Shown in pieces: positions 1 through 8,543 of a stretch of DNA of 64,000 nt. The stretch comes from an uncultured Caulobacterales bacterium. GTDB taxonomy: Bacteria; Pseudomonadota; Alphaproteobacteria; Caulobacterales; Caulobacteraceae. The stretch spans positions 2,707 through 66,706 of the forward strand of contig CAIOJR010000217.1 of assembly GCA_903858685.1 (NCBI GenBank), written 5' to 3'. Position 1 is the stretch's first letter. Each line of letters opens with the position of its first letter. Under the pieces are notes generated by a model. It searched no databases, had not been told where the DNA came from, and saw only the letters and a list, made by a program, of their open reading frames with translations. A program made the translations under genes and the position numbers.

Positions 1-1563
1 CACATCGCCCAGGTCGTGCTCGGCGTCGGACAGGGTAAGGACCTTCCGCTCGATCGAGGCCATGTCCAATATGTCGCTTATAAGGGCGCTCATGGAGTCG
101 CCGCAGTGATGCAACATGGTGATCAGGTTGCGAACCTCCGGCGCCAAGTCTTTCCGGCTCAGCAATGCGTGAGCAATGCCGACAATGCCATTGAGCGGGG
201 TGCGGATCTCGTGGCTCGTGCGGGCGAGAAACTCGGTTCGCGCCGCGACGGCGCGCTCCAGAGACCCGTTCAAATGCGCCAGTTCGAGGTTTGCCTTTTG
301 AGCGAAATTCCGTCCGCGTCTCGCCACCAGAAAGGCCGTCACGGCCAGTACAAGGGCCACGGTGAAAACCGCCAGCAACAGGGCGGTCAATCTGCCCAGA
401 TCGGAGGAGAACTTTTGTTGCTCCGTCAACTTCGACAGTTTCAGGCGCGCGAGTTGCAGGTTTTGATTGGTGAAGTCGAATTGCGCCGAAGCGAGTTGAC
501 CGCTGGTGGAGCCCGCCAGTTGCGCCGACGCATCATCCAGACGCTTGTATGCCTCAAGATGCGCCAGGGCTCGCGCATAGGCGCCCGTACGCTTGAAAAT
601 GCGATAGGCCAAAAGGTGAAAGTCGCGGTACGGCTCCGTGGTCGTCGCAAGATCAGCCCCGGCGAAGGCGCGGTCGATGTGTTGCGCAGCCTGGTCCAGA
701 CGTCCGGCGCTGAAATCCACCTCAGCCTGGGCGCCCCACAGGAAAGGCGACCAGTCCGCGACCGAAACATCTCGCGCATAGATTGATCGCGCAAGGTTGA
801 TCTCCTTCCGCGCCGCGTTCAGCTTTCCATTGAGCGCCAGGCAATCCGCCAGATTCGTCAGGATCCGAAATCGGAGTGAATTGCTGTCCAGGCGATCCGA
901 AATCACATAGGCTCTACGGAAATATTGCTCAGCCTTGTCGAATTCCTTCAGGTTTTTAGCTGTAACACCAACGTTGTTCAGGGCCGACAGGGCGAGCGCG
1001 TCGTCCATGCGATAGGTGTCTGACGCCCGCTCATAATAGCTCAGGGCGCGCTTATAGTCCTTGGCGTCATCATAGATCCCGCCGATCATCTGAAGCGTTT
1101 TGGATTGCCCCCGGAGATCCCCGGCTATTGTGAGGATTGCATTGGCCTCCTGGAAATTACGCAGCGCTTCGCCGGGATTTGCCACATTCTGATCGGCATA
1201 GCCTTTCGTGATCAGAAGATCGCCGACCAGTTTGGAATTGGGCGCGTATTTTTCCGCCGTCTTCCTCGCCTTGTCCGCAAGCTGCAAGCCGTCTGCGGGG
1301 CGGTCCATCCGCACCATCGCCTCCGCCTCCAGCCACTGAGCGGTCGCCAGCGCGACCTGAGACGAGGCATCCGTCCCGTGGCCAGCCAGCGCCTCCGCCT
1401 TGCGCGCATGCCCCAAGGCGTGGGCTGAGTCCGCCATCATGCCGGCTTTCGCCGCCTGGATCTCGGCCTCGAACCCTGGCTCGGTGGCGATCGCCGCAAT
1501 CGGCGCGCAGACGATCAACGCAACAGCGATCGCCAGTCTCGTCCAAACCTGATAAGCGCCCAT
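1..1563 (-). CDS. TPR-repeat sensor histidine kinase; C-terminal part cut by the window edge
   Basis: Not in the ORF track because it has no in-window stop. The minus frame is open from ATG (cat 1561-1563) to base 1 (521 codons). My translation gives MGAYQVWTRLAIAVALIVCAPIAAIA (signal/TM), TPR-like repeats (YYERASDTYRMDDALALSALNNVGVTAKNLKEFDKAEQYF), a TM segment LTALLLAVFTVALVLAVTAFLVA and an H-box FLARTSHEIRTPLNGIVG. Confidence 0.75.
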   Translation of the reverse strand, partial: MGAYQVWTRLAIAVALIVCAPIAAIATEPGFEAEIQAAKAGMMADSAHALGHARKAEALAGHGTDASSQVALATAQWLEAEAMVRMDRPADGLQLADKARKTAEKYAPNSKLVGDLLITKGYADQNVANPGEALRNFQEANAILTIAGDLRGQSKTLQMIGGIYDDAKDYKRALSYYERASDTYRMDDALALSALNNVGVTAKNLKEFDKAEQYFRRAYVISDRLDSNSLRFRILTNLADCLALNGKLNAARKEINLARSIYARDVSVADWSPFLWGAQAEVDFSAGRLDQAAQHIDRAFAGADLATTTEPYRDFHLLAYRIFKRTGAYARALAHLEAYKRLDDASAQLAGSTSGQLASAQFDFTNQNLQLARLKLSKLTEQQKFSSDLGRLTALLLAVFTVALVLAVTAFLVARRGRNFAQKANLELAHLNGSLERAVAARTEFLARTSHEIRTPLNGIVGIAHALLSRKDLAPEVRNLITMLHHCGDSMSALISDILDMASIERKVLTLSDAEHDLGDV

Positions 1564-1706
1564 CGGCTCTGGCCTCGCATTGTTGTTGCAACCATGCGGT
1601 ACAGAGGTTGAATTTGAATAAAGGACAGCCTGATCCGGCGTCAGTCACGCTCGAATTGAGACTATCAAAGACTGAATATTCGGTTCGGCGACCCGGGGCG
1701 CAGGGC

Positions 1707-4700
1707 TCAGAACCTGCCGGACACCTTCAAACCGAAAATGGTCGCAGCCGGAGATATTGCGCCATCTATTGGCGACTGGCTCTCATACCGAAGGAAAGCG
1801 CCCATTTCGCTTAATCCATGAAGCTTGCGACCATAATCAAGCTCGGCGGCGACGGGCGAGGCCGCAGTCCTTGGCGTCGCGTCCTGGGTGACAAGACCCA
1901 TGGCGCCGGTTTGACGATCCACGACGCCGTAGCTGGAAAAGGTGACCGCCCCGGCTGTGACATGCATAGGCTGCGACAGTGTCAGCTTCAGAGCGTCGTC
2001 CGCACCCAGGATCTGCGCCTTGACCAGCGAGATGGCGGCCGCCTCGCTCGTCAGCCCGGCGCCGTCAGTGTGCAGAGCCTGGCCCGATCGGGAGACGGTC
2101 TGGCCCACCGTCACGGCGCCGTGCAAAGAGAGCGTTTTCGAGAGCTCACCATGGAACTCAATGCCCATCGCCCGGGTCGAGGCGCCGCGGCCGAGAATGT
2201 CCGGCGTCAGGGACTGGACGCCGAGCAAGGCCTTGTCCTCTGAAAGCTCCGTCATGGTGAAGCGCAACGAGGCGCGATGCGACGGGGCATAGGCCACCGC
2301 CAGATAGGACGCCTGAGCCTGGTAGGTGGCGGCGCCCGACATCTGGATGGCAGGCCCGAAGACGCTGATGTCGCGCGACTGACGGGTCTGTGTATAGGCG
2401 GCGGAGATGGTCGCCTTGTCGAATGGCCGCACCTCGGCCACGCCGTAGGCGCCGCCGGACGCCAGACGCATGAACGGATCGGCGGCGCTGCGTCCGCGGT
2501 CAAAGCCGTCTGCCGAGGCGAAAGCATCGGTCAATCCGAGCGCTGAGGCATTGTCCCCAAATCCCGTGCGCACAACCGCCGCGCCGCGCGCAAGGCTGAT
2601 ATCGGTCACGACGGGATAGCTGGAATCCCTGAATCCGAAGTTGGATTGGGCCGGCGCCATGGACATGCGCATCTGGAAGCCGGCGACCCGCCCATAATCA
2701 ACGCTCGCCCGCGGGCCTGCAGAAAAACCGGAGCCAGAGGCCGAAGGCGCGGCTGCTGACGATTTCGCCCATTGCAGGAACGAACCGGTCAGGAACGACT
2801 GGAACACCGGAAGGCCTGCATGATCAGCGACGCGCTGGCCGACCAATGTCGAGGCCAGGGGTATTTTGAAATCGCGCGCCGTGTCGTCGATCGACTCTAC
2901 CGCGGTAATATAGAGCTTGTTGCTGTTCCAGACGGCCTGGGAGCCGGACTTGATCAGGGTGGTGATCTGGGGAATGCTGATCGCCACACCATCACCCTTG
3001 CCGATCTGAGGGTGCTTGGCGTCCACCGTGAAGTATTGCAGCGCGTTCCAGTTCAGCGGCGCCTGCGAGGCGGCGATGTTCAGCTCTCCCACACCGTAGA
3101 CTGCATCCGATCCGGGCGACGTTCCGAGCGGGGTCGCGGACCGGGTGATGATGTCGACCAGGGCGTTGGGATGCCACGACAGCCACGGCCAGCGAGCCTG
3201 CAGGAGCACGATCGCGCCGGACACCAGCGGGGCGGCCAGAGATGTGCCGGACTGCCGGGTCGTGCCGCCCTTGCCGTCGGACACCAGGATCATTTCACCC
3301 GGCGCGACAATGAAGTGGTTCTTCAACTTGTCGCACGCGCCGGTCGCGGTGTCCGTCAGACAGGCCTCGCCTGGTCGGTTGGAGAAGTTGGAGATCGTTC
3401 CGTCAAGTCCCACCGAGCCGACAACGAGCAGCGCCGGATTCACGGCAAAATTCCACGGAATGCTGGACGGCTGGGTCGCGCCGTCATTGCCGGCCGCCAC
3501 AACAAGGACGTGTCCATGCGCAGAACCAGACGCGAGCGCGGTGTTCCAACCGGAGTCCAGCGTCACGCCATGGACGCCGAGGGAGGCGTTCAGGACCCCG
3601 ACCGGAGCGTCGCTTCCGGTGGAGCCGAACAGCAACGCGGACAAGGCGTCGACGCCTTTCCCAACCTCTGTCCAGTTGGTGGTGAGGCTGGCGTCGTAAG
3701 GATTATAGACGGCGACGCGCGCCAGCTGCGATGGAACCACGCCCATAACGCCGGATCCATCCATTGAACCCAGGATCAGGCTTGAGACCGCCGCGCCATG
3801 GCCGTTGTCAAAGATGTGAGCGCCATACTGGTAGATGGCCCCCTGATACCAGTTTCCAGCATAGCTGGCGGACATGTCGAGCACGCCCACGGAGATGGGA
3901 CGGCGTCGTTCGGCGTTGTCGCTGACCAGTTGCGCCAGATAGGGCGACCATCCGGTCTGCGCCATCCACCAGTCCACGTGCGGCGCGCCGCTATAGGCCA
4001 TCAGGTTGTCGTACAGCGACAGGAACGCCTCTGCCTGCTGGGTCTGCGAAATCGCGGCCAGGCTCGCCGGGTCAACCCCGCCAGAACTGTCCACGCGAAC
4101 GCCATAGGCGCCGAACACCGAAGCAACCAGAGCTTTGAAGGTTTTGGGGACGACGGCGTCCTGGGGGATAACCGACAGCCCGACCTTTGGCCGTCCCGCC
4201 GCCACAGCCTTGGACCAGAAGGTGCTCGACGGGTTCAGAATGGTGGTGTTGATCTCATTCGCGAGCGCAGCATAGTCCGCCGAGGTCGAAGCCTTGGACC
4301 AGTTGACCATCACGTTGGACCAGCTCTGCCCCGTCGAGGTCCAGAATCCAGCCAGGGACTTGAAGGCGATGGATTTGCTTGGATTGTGCAGATAGGGATT
4401 TTGCGATCCGTCGCCCCAGAAGGGATCTACGCCGCTTCCAAGATAGGCGGAATCGCTCGCCGGGACGGTGGAGACATATGGATTGGCGACAGACCAGACG
4501 CCGCTCCCTGCGCTGAATGGCGCGATCTTGCCGTATTGTGGATCGATGGTTCCCCAGAAGGGAGCGATCTTGCCATAGAAGGGGGCGATCTTGCCGTAGA
4601 AGGGGGCGATCTTGCCATACTCGGTTCCGACGTCCCCATAAAAGGGGGCGATCTTGCCGTAGGACGGATCTATAGGTCCACTTTGGACGGTCTGTGCGTC

Positions 4701-4778
4701 GCATTCGCCGACAGCGACCCCTGCAGCAAGCATCGAAAATACTAACGCGCAATATCGCAGTAAATGCCGACGGTACAT
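1707..4778 (-). CDS. Subtilisin-like (S8) serine protease autotransporter
   Basis: From ORF 1707..4844. I moved the start to the internal ATG that gives the signal peptide MYRRHLLRYCALVFSMLAAGVAVGECDA. S8 motif contexts VGVLDMS, HGAAVSS, AAGNDG and SGTSLAAPLVSG are present. The C-terminal region looks like a beta-barrel and ends in SGRF (terminal aromatic). Confidence 0.85.
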   Translation of the reverse strand: MYRRHLLRYCALVFSMLAAGVAVGECDAQTVQSGPIDPSYGKIAPFYGDVGTEYGKIAPFYGKIAPFYGKIAPFWGTIDPQYGKIAPFSAGSGVWSVANPYVSTVPASDSAYLGSGVDPFWGDGSQNPYLHNPSKSIAFKSLAGFWTSTGQSWSNVMVNWSKASTSADYAALANEINTTILNPSSTFWSKAVAAGRPKVGLSVIPQDAVVPKTFKALVASVFGAYGVRVDSSGGVDPASLAAISQTQQAEAFLSLYDNLMAYSGAPHVDWWMAQTGWSPYLAQLVSDNAERRRPISVGVLDMSASYAGNWYQGAIYQYGAHIFDNGHGAAVSSLILGSMDGSGVMGVVPSQLARVAVYNPYDASLTTNWTEVGKGVDALSALLFGSTGSDAPVGVLNASLGVHGVTLDSGWNTALASGSAHGHVLVVAAGNDGATQPSSIPWNFAVNPALLVVGSVGLDGTISNFSNRPGEACLTDTATGACDKLKNHFIVAPGEMILVSDGKGGTTRQSGTSLAAPLVSGAIVLLQARWPWLSWHPNALVDIITRSATPLGTSPGSDAVYGVGELNIAASQAPLNWNALQYFTVDAKHPQIGKGDGVAISIPQITTLIKSGSQAVWNSNKLYITAVESIDDTARDFKIPLASTLVGQRVADHAGLPVFQSFLTGSFLQWAKSSAAAPSASGSGFSAGPRASVDYGRVAGFQMRMSMAPAQSNFGFRDSSYPVVTDISLARGAAVVRTGFGDNASALGLTDAFASADGFDRGRSAADPFMRLASGGAYGVAEVRPFDKATISAAYTQTRQSRDISVFGPAIQMSGAATYQAQASYLAVAYAPSHRASLRFTMTELSEDKALLGVQSLTPDILGRGASTRAMGIEFHGELSKTLSLHGAVTVGQTVSRSGQALHTDGAGLTSEAAAISLVKAQILGADDALKLTLSQPMHVTAGAVTFSSYGVVDRQTGAMGLVTQDATPRTAASPVAAELDYGRKLHGLSEMGAFLRYESQSPIDGAISPAATIFGLKVSGRF
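4515..4661 (-). repeat. Seven tandem 21-bp units encoding the heptapeptide YGKIAPF (5 conserved, 2 diverged) inside the autotransporter passenger N-terminus
   Basis: The units occupy 4515-4535, 4536-4556, 4557-4577, 4578-4598, 4599-4619, 4620-4640 and 4641-4661. On the plus strand they read gaagggggcgatcttgcc(a/g)ta. The protein reads YGKIAPF-YGDVGTE-YGKIAPF x3-WGTIDPQ-YGKIAPF. Confidence 0.9.
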
Positions 4779-5046
4779 GCCAGTTACGCCCCGGATTATA
4801 GATCTATATTGGACATGACCGGCAAAAATGAATAAAAATCTCACGCATTTAGTTTATTTTCATTATCGTTAACACTTACTAACACCCTAAGCGGGAATTG
4901 ACGCCGCCTGCGGTTATCTAGCCAAAGCCGGGGCGCTGAACGCCGTCGCCGACCTCGCACGTTGCATCGTCCGGCCCCCCAACACTGGCGACCAGCCCTA
5001 CCGGACATTGAAAACCGCCGCAGCGGGCGCGATGGCCTACGCCTGG

Positions 5047-5505
5047 TCAGCGCAACTGTTCGAGCCAGATCGTGCGGCGTATCGTCAGTTCGACGCGGCA
5101 GGACACGTAGATGACGGGCGCGATGGTGCCCTCCTGAAACCCATCCGAATCCTTGCGGCAGAACGGGTCGCGGGCGGCGATCCATTTTCGTTGGGCGGCC
5201 AGCAGCGGTCCACGGTCGACGGACGGCATTCGATTCAGAGTGGCCTTCCAGGCCCGGTTCAGGGCGACGTCCTGCCGGACGAACTCGTTTTCAAAGCAGC
5301 GCGCATTGTCCTGGGTTATGCTCGCCCGGTCCTGGCAGGCCCGGAATTGCGGCGAGTAGCGTTTCTCGACGACCGGATTGAGCGGCCCCTCCTCCGGCGT
5401 CACTTCCATCCTGGCGTCGAAACGCGTGTCGGCTCTGGCCGGCGTCGGCGGCGCCAAAAGCGCGGCGATGATGGCAGCCGACAGAAGTCTGAAGCCGTCG
5501 CGCAT
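5047..5505 (-). CDS. LprI-family (DUF1311) periplasmic protein
   Basis: C-terminal 152 codons of ORF 5047..5859, starting at the internal ATG. Signal peptide MRDGFRLLSAAIIAALLAPPTPARA. The LNRAWKATL...AAQRKWIAARDPFC pattern with paired Cys is typical of LprI/DUF1311. The upstream 118 codons are Arg/Gly-rich and begin with TTG. Confidence 0.7.
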   Translation of the reverse strand: MRDGFRLLSAAIIAALLAPPTPARADTRFDARMEVTPEEGPLNPVVEKRYSPQFRACQDRASITQDNARCFENEFVRQDVALNRAWKATLNRMPSVDRGPLLAAQRKWIAARDPFCRKDSDGFQEGTIAPVIYVSCRVELTIRRTIWLEQLR

Positions 5506-5763
5506 CGTGTTTGATCTCACGGTTACCCCCTTAAGCCGACCTTCCCCGGATGGACCGCCCATGCGCCGGTCTGGATGCGCAGAATTGTATAGATGGCGGC
5601 AATGTGGATCCACCCGTCGTCGCTTTCGGTCCCATCCCGCCTGGCCAGCGTCGCCCAAAGCGGTGCGCGCTTGCGTTTGAGCGGTCGGGTCCGGTCGGTC
5701 ATGATGAAGGCTGCTCTGGGATAAGGCTCGCCCGGACGCCATTCCACCTTGGCCGCCACTCCG

Positions 5764-5880
5764 GCTGACGGCCAGCGCCTGGCCAGAAAGCTCGCTCAAT
5801 CCCACAGCTTCGTCGCGTTCACAAAACGCCAGCAGGCCCGAGTCGGACGCGACCCTCAAACCGTGGAACGCCAGCCGTCT
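5764..5880 (-). pseudogene. Possible N-terminal remnant of an IS1380-type (DDE_Tnp_1_2-like) transposase
   Basis: My translation RRLAFHGLRVASDSGLLAFCERDEAVGLSELSGQALAVS resembles the conserved (I/V)TSDAGLLxxRExDxxxGL N-terminal block that I recall for this transposase group. The frame opens directly after a stop, and no DDE domain follows. Confidence 0.25.
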
Positions 5881-6166
5881 TCAATTCATTGAATCAGCTC
5901 ACTATTTACAAAATTGGGCGGTCAAAGCCCCTAAGTCATCCTGGGAGTGCGGGATTATTCATGGCCCGTTTATGTTAGAATAAATCACTGCCAGATCGTG
6001 TGCAAAAGTTAAACGCGTCAAAATCACATAATCAGAACACGAATGAAATATACCTGATTTAATCAGGAGCCTATATTGCGGTAAAATCAGTGCAAGTTGG
6101 ATTTTCCAGGAAATGTGAACTCATTATTATTATCGTTGATCCAGTATATGCTTCCTGGAGGTAGGC

Positions 6167-8323
6167 ATGATCACGCTTCGACAGTTAGCGCTCGCAACGC
6201 CGCCCGCAGGCAAAGCAGATACGAGTGAGACGATCTATCAACGGTTCGAGCGCGAGCCTGAATGCTTGCTCATCCCCGTTGTCGACGATCAGCACAGACC
6301 GACAGGACTGATCGAGCGCAACACCTTTCTCCTTCGTTTAGCCAAGCAATATGGGCGCGCTCTGTTCGCCGCCCGGTCGGTTCAGATCATCATGGACACC
6401 GATCCGCTGGTGGTGGAAGCAGACACCGCGCCGGGAGACTTTGCCTCATTGGCGCTCGACGGGCATTCGGGCCAACTGCTCAAGGGCTTCATCGTCGTCG
6501 AAAACGGACGCTACCTGGGCGTTGGCGCGGCTGTGGACCTGCTCCGCGCGGCCGCTACAGAGCGTCTGGAAACCGCCAGCCAACTCGGTGAGCTGACTGA
6601 AAGCCTGAAGGCTTCCCATCTGGAGGCGGAGCGCAACCGCCATTTTGCGGAAGCCGTCATTGAACATATTCCCTCACTGGTGGCGGTCCGATCGAGCAAT
6701 TCGGGGCGGTTCCTTTTGATGAACCGCGCGAGCGAATCCATTCTCGGCGTCAATCGGGAGACGTTCATCGGCCACCGCATAGACGAAATCGCCCCTTCGC
6801 GTCTGATGGACCAGTTGCGCAATGCGGATCGTCTCATCAGTCAGGATGCCGGGACGGGCCGACATCGCGACCTGGCCTATGTCCGCCCCAGCGACAATGA
6901 TCATCGCGTTCTTCGCATCAGTCAGACGCCTGTCGATATGCCTGACGGCGAGTCTCTCATTCTGACGGTGGCCGACGACCTGACGGACGCCCGACGCGCG
7001 CAGGACCGCATTCAGCATCTCGCCCATTTCGACCTGCTGACCGCCCTGCCCAACCGAGCGCTATTTCAGGAACGTCTCGAAATGTCGCTGCGGCAGGTCG
7101 ATCTCGCCCGCCAACGAGGCGCCCTGATGGACGTCGCCGTCCTGGCGGTGGATCTGGATCGATTCAAGAGCGTCAATGACACATTGGGCCACAATGCAGG
7201 CGATGCTGTGTTGCGCCTTGTCGCAGAGCGCATGAAGGACGTGTTGCGGTCGGACGAACTGGCGTCACGGCTTGGCGGTGACGAATTCGCTGTCCTTCTG
7301 TGTGGCGAAGACGTCGCGGAAACAGCCAAGACCGTCGCCAATCGTTTGACATCGGTGATGTCGACCCCGCTCGAACTTGGGGACCACAGCGTCAGTATCG
7401 GGGCCAGCATCGGGATCGCCCTCTATCCGCAAGATGCGGACAATGCGGAAGAACTGCTCAAGCGGGCGGACATTGCCCTTTACCGGTCAAAATCCGAAGG
7501 CAAAGGGGTGTGGCGTCGGTTTGACGCCACAATGCACGCCGAACTGGCGGACCGCCGCTCGCTTGAAAATGATTTACGACGCGCCGTCTCCAATGGCGAC
7601 TTCAAGGCCCACTTCCAGCCCATTCTGGATCTCAGTCAAGGTCGCATAGTCGGCTTCGAAGCCCTGATGCGCTGGCCGCATGAGCGCAGAGGAATGGTGC
7701 CCCCGAACGATTTCATCCCGCTTGCCGAAGAACTCGGTCTTATAAATCCCATGGGCGAATGGATGATCCGTGCAGCCTGTGACGCAGCCAGCCTCTGGCC
7801 CCAGGACACCAGCGTCGCCGTGAACATATCAGCGATGCAGTTCAAGTCGCCAGGACTGGTCTCCTGCATCTTCCAGGCCCTGTCGAAATCAGGCCTTGCC
7901 CCCAACCGCCTGGAGCTGGAAGTCACCGAGACGGTCCTGATCGACGACGAACCTGAAGTTCTGAAATGCCTTCGCCAGTTGCGAGAGATCGGGGTCTCCA
8001 TCGCCCTGGACGATTTTGGCACGGGCTTCGCTTCCTTGTCCTATTTGCAGCGTTTTCCGTTCGACAAGATCAAGATCGACCAGAGCTTCACGCGCGGCCT
8101 GCCAGACAGTCGCGCCGCGACGTCGATCATCTCCGCCGTGACCGCCCTCAGCGCCAAGCTTGGACTGATCACCACTGCAGAAGGCGTTGAAACCGAGGCG
8201 CAGTTGCAGGCGGTCAGTCGTCTTGGCTGCACTCAAGCCCAAGGCTACCTGATCGGCAAGGCGACGCCTCATCCGGAAATGTTGCTGCGCAGCGCCACCG
8301 CGGGCCGGCTCGCGGCCTCCTGA
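6167..8323 (+). CDS. Sensor-domain/PAS-GGDEF-EAL cyclic-di-GMP turnover protein
   Basis: 718-aa ORF. It has the motifs RLGGDEFAVLL (GGDEF) and EALMRWPH plus ELEVTE and DDFGTGFASLSYL (EAL). A PAS-like segment precedes the GGDEF domain. Confidence 0.9.
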   Translation: MITLRQLALATPPAGKADTSETIYQRFEREPECLLIPVVDDQHRPTGLIERNTFLLRLAKQYGRALFAARSVQIIMDTDPLVVEADTAPGDFASLALDGHSGQLLKGFIVVENGRYLGVGAAVDLLRAAATERLETASQLGELTESLKASHLEAERNRHFAEAVIEHIPSLVAVRSSNSGRFLLMNRASESILGVNRETFIGHRIDEIAPSRLMDQLRNADRLISQDAGTGRHRDLAYVRPSDNDHRVLRISQTPVDMPDGESLILTVADDLTDARRAQDRIQHLAHFDLLTALPNRALFQERLEMSLRQVDLARQRGALMDVAVLAVDLDRFKSVNDTLGHNAGDAVLRLVAERMKDVLRSDELASRLGGDEFAVLLCGEDVAETAKTVANRLTSVMSTPLELGDHSVSIGASIGIALYPQDADNAEELLKRADIALYRSKSEGKGVWRRFDATMHAELADRRSLENDLRRAVSNGDFKAHFQPILDLSQGRIVGFEALMRWPHERRGMVPPNDFIPLAEELGLINPMGEWMIRAACDAASLWPQDTSVAVNISAMQFKSPGLVSCIFQALSKSGLAPNRLELEVTETVLIDDEPEVLKCLRQLREIGVSIALDDFGTGFASLSYLQRFPFDKIKIDQSFTRGLPDSRAATSIISAVTALSAKLGLITTAEGVETEAQLQAVSRLGCTQAQGYLIGKATPHPEMLLRSATAGRLAAS

Positions 8324-8543
8324 TCTGACCCCAATGTTGATTCCACTGAAACGGACACAGGGATTTTCTGGACATTTTCAGAACGCTTCTGAGCCGTCAT
8401 GACCACTTGCGTCAGGCCAAAGCCCCAGACGAGTCGCCTGCGGCTGGCGCTTCCACCGCGTTTGCGCCGCTTGCGCCCGCATCAGCGCCAGCTGCTGCAC
8501 TTGGGGACGCCGCTCAACCCATCCGATATGAATCAATATTGAA

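Noticed and set aside
16-786. 256-aa plus-strand ORF, plus the antisense 117-aa ORF at 441..794
   Set aside because: The composition is Arg/Gly/Gln-rich and low in complexity. The opposite strand in another frame encodes a coherent TPR-histidine kinase with a clear H-box, so this ORF is a typical GC-rich shadow.
4515-4661. Whether the 21-bp tandem array could be a CRISPR array or a non-coding satellite
   Set aside because: The units abut directly without spacers. They are in frame and translate to a coherent heptapeptide repeat inside a long ORF.
2772-4745. Long plus-strand ORFs 2772..3767 (331 aa) and 3798..4745 (315 aa)
   Set aside because: They are antisense to the S8 autotransporter, whose catalytic motifs are unambiguous. 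Their translations are Arg/Gly/His-rich with no motifs.
5506-5859. N-terminal 118-codon extension of ORF 5047..5859, and the 78-aa ORF 5523..5759
   Set aside because: The extension starts at TTG and is Arg/Gly-rich. It precedes a perfectly good signal peptide at the internal ATG. Part of it instead looks like a transposase remnant in the same frame (see findings).
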